Assembly (NCBI GenBank): GCA_033764015.1
Contig: JANRJK010000007.1
Coordinates: forward strand, 1 to 13,276
Origin: Candidatus Sumerlaeia bacterium
Lineage (GTDB): Bacteria; Sumerlaeota; Sumerlaeia; SLMS01; JANRJK01
Reading direction: 5' to 3'
DNA length: 13,276 nucleotides
Shown here in pieces: positions 1-7,301 of the stretch; position 1 is the stretch's first letter, and every line of letters begins with the position of its first letter. The translations under genes and the position numbers were made by a program. The notes beneath the pieces were generated by a model. It saw only the letters and a program-made list of their open reading frames with translations. It was not told where the DNA came from and ran no database searches.

Positions 1-68
1 AGCAAATCGTCGACCGACGGCGGCAGCACGAGCAGCTGCTCGCGGTCCATGGGAGCCCAGTTCTTCAT
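1..68 (-). CDS. IS1182-family transposase, N-terminal fragment (partial, not in ORF track)
   Basis: ATG at 68 with GAGG at 77-80. Translates MKNWAPMDREQLLVLPPSVDDL..., matching the 'DRxQxxLLPPSxxD' N-terminus of IS1182 transposases. Only 22 codons are visible. Confidence 0.72.
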   Translation of the reverse strand, partial: MKNWAPMDREQLLVLPPSVDDL

Positions 69-140
69 CGCCAATGCCTCGCGCCTCGGGAGCTACCCTC
101 GGGCGAGCGAACGAGGGGCCAAAGTCCGACAGGCTGCTAG
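1..140 (-). mobile_element. Left end of an IS1182-family-like insertion sequence (runs off the window's left edge)
   Basis: The minus strand from 140 reads CTAG-CAGCCTGTCGGACTTT, resembling IS1182-type termini at a CTAG target (recalled, not searched). A transposase-like ORF start follows ~70 nt inside. The right end is outside the window. Confidence 0.7.
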
Positions 141-260
141 CAGTAGGAACACCACGCGCAGCAGCATCCCCCGCCGCCAGGGCGCGCCGTAGCGGATGAA
201 CGGGTTGTCGCGGTGGAACTCCGCGATGGCGGCGAGTTCCCGCCGGAGCCGCTGGATCAT
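137..260 (-). pseudogene. 5' part of a putative membrane-protein gene interrupted by the IS
   Basis: ATG at 260 with GGAGG at 269-273. Reads MIQRLRRELAAIAEFHRDNPFIRYGAPWRRGMLLRVVFLLL; codon 41 (CTA, 138-140) overlaps the CTAG at the IS end, and the frame then reads into the IS and stops at 93-95. The hydrophobic segment begins at the junction. Confidence 0.5.
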
Positions 261-306
261 GGGCGCGCCCTCCCCGCGCGGGGTCCGGCGCGGGGCCGGG
301 ATCCCC

Positions 307-3300
307 TCAGCCCACCGCCCGCTTCAGGTCCGCGAGCATTTCCTCCATGCTCGAGTAGCGGTTGTCGGGCTTCTTCTCGATGCACTTCATCACGACGCGC
401 TGCAGCTCCGGCTTGATCTTGTCGGGCAGCGGCGGGGGCGGCGTGTGGATGTGGTGGTACTCGATGTTGCCGAGGTAGAAGGGCGGGTTGCCGGAGAGCA
501 GCTCGTACATGACGATTCCGAGCGCGTAGATGTCACTGCGGGCGTCGATGCTGGCGCCGGTGATCTGCTCGGGGGCCATGTAGAGCGGCGTGCCGATGAC
601 GGCGGTGCCGGACTTGGTGCCGTCGTCGCCCTTCAGCATCTTGGCGATGCCGAAGTCGGTGATCTTCACCGTGTTGGCCTTCGTGATCATGATGTTCGCG
701 GGCTTGATGTCGCGGTGGATGATCCCGAGCTGGTGGGCGTGGCCGATGCCTTCGCCGATCTGCGTGATGTAGTAGAGCACCTGCTCGGCGCTGAGCGTGG
801 TCTGGTCGGCCTGCATGCGCTTCAGGTCGGTGCCCTCGATGTACTCCATGGAGATGAAGCGCTTCGAGCCGCTCTCGAACATGTCGTGGATGCGGACGAT
901 GTTCGGGTGCGAGAGCTTGCGGGCGGCGCGGGCCTCGCGCTTGAAGCGCTCGACCGCCATCGGGTCCTGGCAAAGGAAGTCGTTGAGCACCTTCAGCGCC
1001 ACGATCTCGTCCAGCGTCTTGTCCTTCGCCTTGAAGATGATGCCCATGGAGCCGCGGTTGATCTCTTCGATGATCGTGAAGCGCGAGTCGCGGAGCACCT
1101 GGGCGAACTTCTCCTGCGAGTCGTCGCCGGCCTGCAGCTTCACGCGGAACTGGAGCTTCTTGAGGCGCACCTTGGCGTCGCGGTACTCCGGGTCGTTCTC
1201 GACGAGGCGCGTGTAGACGTCGATCGCGTGGTGGAGCTGCTCCGTGCGCTCCATGTCGCCGGCGAGGCGGTAGATGATGTCCTTCACCTCGTCGGTGAGT
1301 TCGAGGCTCTTGAACTTCTGCCAGGCGAGGTAGTGGAGGTTCTGCTGCCAGTGGCAGAGGCCGAGGATCTTGGTCGAGCGCGTCTCGTAGCCCGGGAGCT
1401 GGACGAGTTCCTCGAGGATCGCGATGGCGTCGTCCATGCGGTTCGACTTGAGGAAGATCTTCACGAGCTTGTACTGCGCGGCGGGGTCGTTCTGCTGCTC
1501 GATGCGGAGGCGGTAGAGGCGTTCCAGGAGCGCGGTGTCGGTGGGCTGCGGATCGGCCTTGGCGGCGGCTTCCGCGTCCTCGCAGGCGCCGGTGGCGTCG
1601 CCGACGGCCTCGCGGAAGAGCGAGCGTTCGCGGCGCACGGAGATGCTCTCGCCCGTGCGCGCGTAGCAGAGGTCGATGAGCGATTCGAGGCGGTCGCGGT
1701 AGGCCTTCGCGTGGACCGTGCGCAGGTCGTTCAGGTCGCGCAGGAGCGCGGCCTCGTCGGCGCCCATGAGGTGGAGGAGCACCTTCGCTTCGAGCACCTC
1801 GTAGCTGCGCTGCGCGGGCGCGGGCATGGCGTCGAGCGCGGCGAAGGCGCGGGCGATCGCCGCGGCGTCGGCCTCCTTCGCGTTGCCGTCGCGGAGCGCG
1901 GGCTCGATTCGGAGGAACTCGGCGGGCAGCCCGGTCGGGGGCGCGGGGCTGGGGGGCGGGGTCGGGAGCGCGTCGTGGCCGCTCGGCTTCCTGGGCATGC
2001 CCTCCGCGGGCATCATCTCCGTGCGCATGTTGGACAGGTCCACCTGCGTGGCGGCGAGCGGCGTCTCCGCCTCGGTCCAGCGGCGCTGTTCGCCGGTGCC
2101 GGTCTCGTCCGGATCGCTGGTGCGGGCGGCGGGCGCGGGGCGCGCGGGGGGCTGCGGCTTGGGCGGGAGCGGCGGGGGGGCCTGCTTCTCGGTCGGGGGC
2201 ACCGCCTCCGGCTTCAGCTTGATCGGCAGCGGCGTCACGTTGGCCGAGTCCGTGATCCCGGTGCGCGGGCGCGTTCCGACCGGCTGGCCGGGGGGCGGGG
2301 CGACGGGCTTGGGCGGGAGCGGCGCCGGCTTGGGGGCCGCCGCCGGGGGCGGCGGGGGGGCAGGCGCCTTGGCTTCGAGCGGCGCGGAGCCGCCTTGCGA
2401 CTCGGAGAGCATGGCGAAGGAGGTGCCCTCCGCGGCCGCGCGGTGCTGGTCCTCCGCGCCGGGCTTCAGGTAGCGCACCTGCGAGGACGAGTCGGACCCC
2501 TTGGGGATCTGCACGGAGCGGCCCGGGATGGCGCCGGGCGACAGGGCGCCGCCCTGCTTGCCGGAGCCGCCGCGCGCGCCGCGCGCGAGCGCGCCGCCGA
2601 CGGTCGCCGAGGAGCGCGAGGTGCGCTTCTTGCGCCGCGAGCGGCGCTCGTCCGCGTCGAGTTCCGAGTGCAGCACCGTCAGCGTCTTCTCCACGCCGGA
2701 GCCGAGTTCGGTCGCGCTGATCTCCATCACGCCGTCGGCGTTGATGAAGAACGTCACGCGGATGCGGGGGACGCCGGCCGCCGCCGCCGGGATGTCCGAG
2801 AGGGCGAACTTGCCGAGGCTGCGGTTCTCCGCCGACTGCTCGCTGCCGCCCTGCAGGATGTGCACGTTGACGAAGGACTGGTTCGGCTCCGTGGTCGTGA
2901 AAACCTTCGCCGCTTTGATGGGGATTGTCGAGTTCTTCTCGATGATCTGCGAGAACTTGCCGTCCTTCACTTCGATGCCGAGCGCGTGGGGCGTGACGTC
3001 GAGGAGCGTGACCTCCTGGATCATGCCGCCGAAGATGCCGGCCTGGGCCGCGGCGCCGAGCGCCACCACCTCGTCCGGGTTCACGCCCTTGAACGGCGCG
3101 ATGCCGAAGAAGTCGCCGACCAGGTCCTGCACGAGCGGCACGCGCGTCGAGCCGCCGACCAGGACCACCTTCGAGATGTCGCGCTTCGACAGCCCGGCGT
3201 CCTCGAGCGCGCGGCGGCAGCAGCGGATCGTGCGCTGGACGAGCGGCTCGACCAGCTCCTCGAACATCTTGCGCGTGAGCGTCATGTCCAAGTGGATCGG

Positions 3301-4182
3301 CTGCCCTTCGTGGTAGGACACGAAGGGTAGGCTGAGGCGGGCGGTCTGCGCGGTCGAAAGCTCGATCTTGGCCTTCTCCGCCACCTCCTTGAGGCGGCGC
3401 AGGCTGGAGGCGTCCGCCCGCAGGTCCACGCCGTGCTTTTCCTCGAAGAGGTTCGCGATCATCTCGACGATCGCCGAGTCGAGGTCGTCGCCGCCGAGGC
3501 GGCTGTCGCCGGTGGAGCAGAGCACCTCGAAGGTCTTCTCGGAGATCTCGAGGACCGTGATGTCGAAGGTGCCGCCGCCGAAGTCGTACACGGCGATCAC
3601 CTCGTCCTTCCCGCCGCTCTTGCCGAGGCCGTAGGAGATCGCGGCGGAGGTGGGCTCGTTGATGAGGCGGAGCACTTCGAGGCCGGCGAGGTTCGCCGAC
3701 TCGATCACGGCGTTGCGCTGGATGTCGTCGAAGTAGGCGGGCACCGTGATGACGGCCTGCGTGATGTCTTCGCCGAAGCGTTCGCAGGCGTTTTGCCGGA
3801 GCTGCTTGATGATGAGCGCGGCGAGCTGCTCGGGGCGGTAGCCGGCGCCGTCGATCTCGATCAGCAACTGGCCGTCGTGCGAGACCACGTCGAAGGGGAA
3901 CTGCTCGCCGGACTCCTCGATGTCCTCGAAGTCGCGCCCGAGCAGGCGCTTGATGCTCGAGATGGTGCGCTTGGGGTTCGTGGCGGCCTGGCGGCGGGCC
4001 TTCTCGCCGACGAGCACTTCGCCAGTCTCCGTGAAGGCGATGATCGAAGGCGTCTTGTTCTCGCCCTCCGCCGAGGGGACGACGACCGGCTCGTGCCCCT
4101 CCACCACCGCCACGACGGAGTTGGTCGTGCCGAAGTCGATTCCGATGATGCGGCTGTTGTTGCCTTCCATGGGGGGGACCAT
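307..4182 (-). CDS. Hsp70(DnaK-like)-Pro-rich linker-TPR-like-Ser/Thr protein kinase fusion (start at 4182 or ATG 4170)
   Basis: aa ~10-510: GIDFGTTNS, IKRLLG, TVPAYF, NEPTSAA, DFGGGTFD, LVGGSTRVP, NPDEVVALGAA, linker VTLLDVTP and SBD-beta. aa ~515-750: Pro/Ala-rich low complexity. aa ~760-1025: helical, TPR-like. aa ~1034-1285: kinase with VALK, FKREA, HRDIKPAN, DFG, GTPLYMAPE, DIYALG. One uninterrupted frame. Confidence 0.93.
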   Translation of the reverse strand: MVPPMEGNNSRIIGIDFGTTNSVVAVVEGHEPVVVPSAEGENKTPSIIAFTETGEVLVGEKARRQAATNPKRTISSIKRLLGRDFEDIEESGEQFPFDVVSHDGQLLIEIDGAGYRPEQLAALIIKQLRQNACERFGEDITQAVITVPAYFDDIQRNAVIESANLAGLEVLRLINEPTSAAISYGLGKSGGKDEVIAVYDFGGGTFDITVLEISEKTFEVLCSTGDSRLGGDDLDSAIVEMIANLFEEKHGVDLRADASSLRRLKEVAEKAKIELSTAQTARLSLPFVSYHEGQPIHLDMTLTRKMFEELVEPLVQRTIRCCRRALEDAGLSKRDISKVVLVGGSTRVPLVQDLVGDFFGIAPFKGVNPDEVVALGAAAQAGIFGGMIQEVTLLDVTPHALGIEVKDGKFSQIIEKNSTIPIKAAKVFTTTEPNQSFVNVHILQGGSEQSAENRSLGKFALSDIPAAAAGVPRIRVTFFINADGVMEISATELGSGVEKTLTVLHSELDADERRSRRKKRTSRSSATVGGALARGARGGSGKQGGALSPGAIPGRSVQIPKGSDSSSQVRYLKPGAEDQHRAAAEGTSFAMLSESQGGSAPLEAKAPAPPPPPAAAPKPAPLPPKPVAPPPGQPVGTRPRTGITDSANVTPLPIKLKPEAVPPTEKQAPPPLPPKPQPPARPAPAARTSDPDETGTGEQRRWTEAETPLAATQVDLSNMRTEMMPAEGMPRKPSGHDALPTPPPSPAPPTGLPAEFLRIEPALRDGNAKEADAAAIARAFAALDAMPAPAQRSYEVLEAKVLLHLMGADEAALLRDLNDLRTVHAKAYRDRLESLIDLCYARTGESISVRRERSLFREAVGDATGACEDAEAAAKADPQPTDTALLERLYRLRIEQQNDPAAQYKLVKIFLKSNRMDDAIAILEELVQLPGYETRSTKILGLCHWQQNLHYLAWQKFKSLELTDEVKDIIYRLAGDMERTEQLHHAIDVYTRLVENDPEYRDAKVRLKKLQFRVKLQAGDDSQEKFAQVLRDSRFTIIEEINRGSMGIIFKAKDKTLDEIVALKVLNDFLCQDPMAVERFKREARAARKLSHPNIVRIHDMFESGSKRFISMEYIEGTDLKRMQADQTTLSAEQVLYYITQIGEGIGHAHQLGIIHRDIKPANIMITKANTVKITDFGIAKMLKGDDGTKSGTAVIGTPLYMAPEQITGASIDARSDIYALGIVMYELLSGNPPFYLGNIEYHHIHTPPPPLPDKIKPELQRVVMKCIEKKPDNRYSSMEEMLADLKRAVG

Positions 4183-4403
4183 TGGCGCGTGGCGGTGCGG
4201 GCGTGCGGACCTGGACGCGCGGGCGGACGACCACTTGGGTGCCGCGCGCCTTCCGGCGCCTCGAAAGCAAGACGTGAGGATAGCGCGGAGCCGCCGCCTC
4301 CGCGCAAGCAGCAGTTGGGACCGCCGCGAATCCGAGATAACCGGTTGCCCCGCGCCGCGCCGGGGCCAGCATATGCCCCAACAATCAAGGGGTTTATCAG
4401 GCC

Positions 4404-5585
4404 ATGGACGCAGTCATCGTCTCCGCCGTCCGCACACCGGTCGGCAAGTTCCTCGGGGGCCTGGCGCCCCTCTCCGCGCCCGCGCTTGGCGCGATCGCGC
4501 TCAAGGCGGCGCTGGCCCGCGCGCACGTTCCCGCCGACGCGGTGGACGAAGTCGTCATGGGTTGCGTGGTCGCCGCGGGGCTGGGGCAGAACCCCGCCCG
4601 CCAGGCGCTGATCCACGCCAGCATCCCCCCGACCAAGAGCGCCTACACGATCAACATGGTGTGCGGCTCGGGGCTCCGCGCGGTCGCGCTGGCGGCGCAG
4701 GCCATCGCCGCGGGCGACGCCCACTGCGTCCTCGCGGGCGGCATGGAAAGCATGAGCAACGCCCCGTACCTCCTGAAGCAGGCCCGCACCGGCTACCGGA
4801 TGGGCAACGGCGAGCTGGTCGACGCGATGGTCCACGACGGCCTCTGGGACGTGTACGAGGACTACCACATGGGGATGACCGGCGAGCTCGTCGCGGAGAA
4901 GTACGGCATCACCCGTGGCGAACAGGACGCCTACGCCTGCGAATCGCACCGCCGCGCGATCGCGGCCATCGACGCCGGAGCCTTCAACGACGAGATCGCA
5001 CCGGTCGAGATCGCGCAGAAGAAGGGCGCGCCCGTTGTCGTCTCCGCGGACGAGGGCCCCCGCCGCGACACCACCATGGAGGCGCTCGGCAAGCTGCGTC
5101 CGGCGTTCAAGAAGGACGGCACCGTGACCGCCGGCAACGCGCCGCCGGTGAACGACGGCGCCGCCGCGGTGCTCGTGATGAGCCGCCAGCGGGCGAAGGA
5201 GCTCGGCGTCACGCCGATCGCGCGAGTCGTCGCCAGCGCAACGGGGCACTTGGAACCGAGGTGGGTGATGCTCGCGCCCATCGAGGCGGTTCGGAACCTC
5301 CGCGCGAAGACCGGCCTCTCGAACGCCCAGTTGGACGGCATCGAACTCAACGAGGCGTTCTCCGTCCAGGCGATGGCATGCACGCGGGAGCTCGAGATGG
5401 ATCCCGCGCGCGTCAATCCGGACGGCGGCGCGGTGGCGCTGGGCCACCCGATCGGCGCCAGCGGCGCGCGCATCCTGACAACACTGCTGCACCGGCTCCG
5501 GCGCGAGGGCGGCCAGCGCGGCCTCGCCTCGCTCTGCCTCGGCGGCGGCGGCGCGGTCGCCCTCGCCGTGGAAATGGAATCCTGA
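4404..5585 (+). CDS. Acetyl-CoA C-acyltransferase (thiolase)
   Basis: RTPVGKF, GQNPARQA, catalytic NMVCGSG, GGMESMS, ELNEAF, GHPIGASG, CLGGG; 393 aa. Confidence 0.96.
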   Translation: MDAVIVSAVRTPVGKFLGGLAPLSAPALGAIALKAALARAHVPADAVDEVVMGCVVAAGLGQNPARQALIHASIPPTKSAYTINMVCGSGLRAVALAAQAIAAGDAHCVLAGGMESMSNAPYLLKQARTGYRMGNGELVDAMVHDGLWDVYEDYHMGMTGELVAEKYGITRGEQDAYACESHRRAIAAIDAGAFNDEIAPVEIAQKKGAPVVVSADEGPRRDTTMEALGKLRPAFKKDGTVTAGNAPPVNDGAAAVLVMSRQRAKELGVTPIARVVASATGHLEPRWVMLAPIEAVRNLRAKTGLSNAQLDGIELNEAFSVQAMACTRELEMDPARVNPDGGAVALGHPIGASGARILTTLLHRLRREGGQRGLASLCLGGGGAVALAVEMES

Positions 5586-5596
5586 GAACCCCGGGC

Positions 5597-5603
5597 AAGG
5601 AGG
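5597..5603 (+). promoter_or_regulatory. Shine-Dalgarno for the dehydrogenase
   Basis: AAGGAGG 8 nt upstream of ATG 5612. Confidence 0.85.
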
Positions 5604-5611
5604 CCCCTCCC

Positions 5612-6460
5612 ATGAAGAACCTCGTCTGCGTGGCCGGCGCCGGCACCATGGGCAACGGCATCGCGCATGTGTTCGCCCAGTCCGGCTGGCGCGCGCTCAT
5701 CGTCGACCAGTCCGACGCCGCGCTCTCGAAGGCGCTCGCCACGATCAACGCCAACATGGACCGGCAGGTGAAGAAGGGGGCGCTCACGGAGGACGCGAAG
5801 GCGGAGGCGATCGCCCGCGTCACCACCTCGACGTCGCTCGATTGCGCCAGCGAGGCGTGCCTGCTCGTCGAGGCGATCTTCGAGGACGAGGCGGCCAAGA
5901 AGGCGCTCTTCGCGCGAGCCGACGAAGTGGTGAACGCCGATGCCGTCTTCGCCTCGAACACCTCCTCGATCTCGATCACGCGCCTCGCCTCCGCGACCAA
6001 GCGGCCCGACCGCTTCATCGGCATGCACTTCATGAATCCGGTGCCGGTGATGAAGCTGGTCGAGGTGATCCGCGGCCACGCCACCTCCGACGCCACCTGC
6101 GCCCGCGTGATGGAGATCTCCCGCGAGCTCGGCAAGGACCCGGTCGAGGTGAACGACTACCCGGGCTTCGTCTCGAACCGCGTGCTGATGCCGATGATCA
6201 ATGAGGCGGCTTTCTGCCTCATGGAGGGCGTCGCCACGCGCGAGGCGATCGACACGGTGATGAAGCTCGGCATGGCGCACCCGATGGGGCCGCTGCAGCT
6301 CGCGGACTTCATCGGGCTCGACGTCTGCGTGAACATCCTGCACGTGCTGCACGAAGGACTCGGCGATCCCAAGTACCGCGCCTGCCCGCTTCTGCGCAAG
6401 ATGGTCGCCGCGGGACACCTCGGCAAGAAGTCCGGGCGGGGGTTCTATGACTACGCCTGA
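5612..6460 (+). CDS. hbd: 3-hydroxybutyryl-CoA dehydrogenase (282 aa; true start 5612, not 3920)
   Basis: GAGTMGNGIA Rossmann motif, VEAIFE, ASNTSSISIT, GMHFMNPVPVMKLVE, PGFVSNR, HPMGPLQLADFIGLD, GKKSGRGFY; strong SD. Confidence 0.94.
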   Translation: MKNLVCVAGAGTMGNGIAHVFAQSGWRALIVDQSDAALSKALATINANMDRQVKKGALTEDAKAEAIARVTTSTSLDCASEACLLVEAIFEDEAAKKALFARADEVVNADAVFASNTSSISITRLASATKRPDRFIGMHFMNPVPVMKLVEVIRGHATSDATCARVMEISRELGKDPVEVNDYPGFVSNRVLMPMINEAAFCLMEGVATREAIDTVMKLGMAHPMGPLQLADFIGLDVCVNILHVLHEGLGDPKYRACPLLRKMVAAGHLGKKSGRGFYDYA

Positions 6461-7292
6461 GCCCGCGGTCCTCGCGCCCGGCGCGGTGCTGCTGCCGGAG
6501 TGCCGCTTCCGCCTCGACGGCGGCGCGATGTTCGGCCACGTGCCCAAAGTGGTCTGGTCGCGCATGATCGAGACGGACGAGCAGAACCGCATCGCGCTCG
6601 CCTGCTGGCCGCTGCTCCTCAGGCACCCCGCCGGGCGCATCGCGCTGGTCGAGACCGGCATGGGCGCAAAGTGGTCGGCGAAGGATGCTGCGGTGTACGC
6701 GCTCGAGCAGTGGCCACTACGCCAGTCCCTCGCCGCGCAGGGAGTCGCGCCGGAAGACGTCACCGACGTGGTCCTTACTCACCTGCACCTCGACCACGCG
6801 GGCGGCAACACGGAGCCCGGCCCGGGCGGCGCGCCGGTGTGCGCCTTCCCCAACGCGGTGTTCCACGTCCAGCGCGGCGAATGGGAGCGCGCCCGCAATC
6901 CCGACTTCCGCAGCCGCCCCAGCTACCGCGCGGAGAACTACGACCCGATCCCCGCGGATCGCTGGAACCTGATCGACGGCGAGGCGGAGCCGCTGCCCGG
7001 CGTGCGTGTCGCCCCCTCGACCGGGCACACGCTCTGGCACCAGAGCGTCTTCGTCGAGTTCACCGAAACGCCGATCCACTACCTCGGCGACCTTGTGCCG
7101 AGTTCCCACCACCTGAAGCCGCACTATGTGATGGGCTACGACCTGTATCCGCTGGAAGTGATGGCGAACCGGGCTAAGTTCCTCGCCGCCGCGGCGGAAG
7201 CGAACGCCGTGTGCGTCTTCGAGCACGATGCGCACACCCCGCACGGGCGCATCCAGGCGGACGGCAAGGGCGGCTTCCGGCTGCGGGCGTAG
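6447..7292 (+). CDS. YtnP-like metallo-beta-lactamase-fold hydrolase
   Basis: FRLDGGAMFGxVPK N-terminal signature, THLHLDHAGG (HxHxDH), GHT, GDL, GYD and FEHD. Overlaps the hbd 3' end by 14 nt. Confidence 0.9.
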   Translation: MTTPEPAVLAPGAVLLPECRFRLDGGAMFGHVPKVVWSRMIETDEQNRIALACWPLLLRHPAGRIALVETGMGAKWSAKDAAVYALEQWPLRQSLAAQGVAPEDVTDVVLTHLHLDHAGGNTEPGPGGAPVCAFPNAVFHVQRGEWERARNPDFRSRPSYRAENYDPIPADRWNLIDGEAEPLPGVRVAPSTGHTLWHQSVFVEFTETPIHYLGDLVPSSHHLKPHYVMGYDLYPLEVMANRAKFLAAAAEANAVCVFEHDAHTPHGRIQADGKGGFRLRA

Positions 7293-7301
7293 CGGGACGC
7301 G

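Noticed and set aside
196..3330. 1044-aa plus-strand ORF (and 3433..4611) antisense to the Hsp70-kinase
   Set aside because: Codon-registered antisense shadow. Long open antisense frames of dnaK genes are a known artefact, often mis-annotated as NAD-specific glutamate dehydrogenase; no independent motifs.
307..4182. Calling the fusion gene dnaK or pknB
   Set aside because: It lacks the lid and co-chaperone context of dnaK and the TM/PASTA parts of PknB, so neither symbol fits.
533..4384. 1283-aa Arg/Pro-rich alternative minus-frame ORF
   Set aside because: Off-frame read of a high-GC gene with no domain signatures.
4183..4403. Heat-shock control element (CIRCE) or clear promoter upstream of the Hsp70 fusion
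   Set aside because: No TTAGCACTC-N9-GAGTGCTAA and no convincing -35/-10 pair found.
3920..5611. Apparent 846-aa extended or fused dehydrogenase
   Set aside because: The N-terminal part is an off-frame read over the thiolase; a strong SD and family homology start at ATG 5612.
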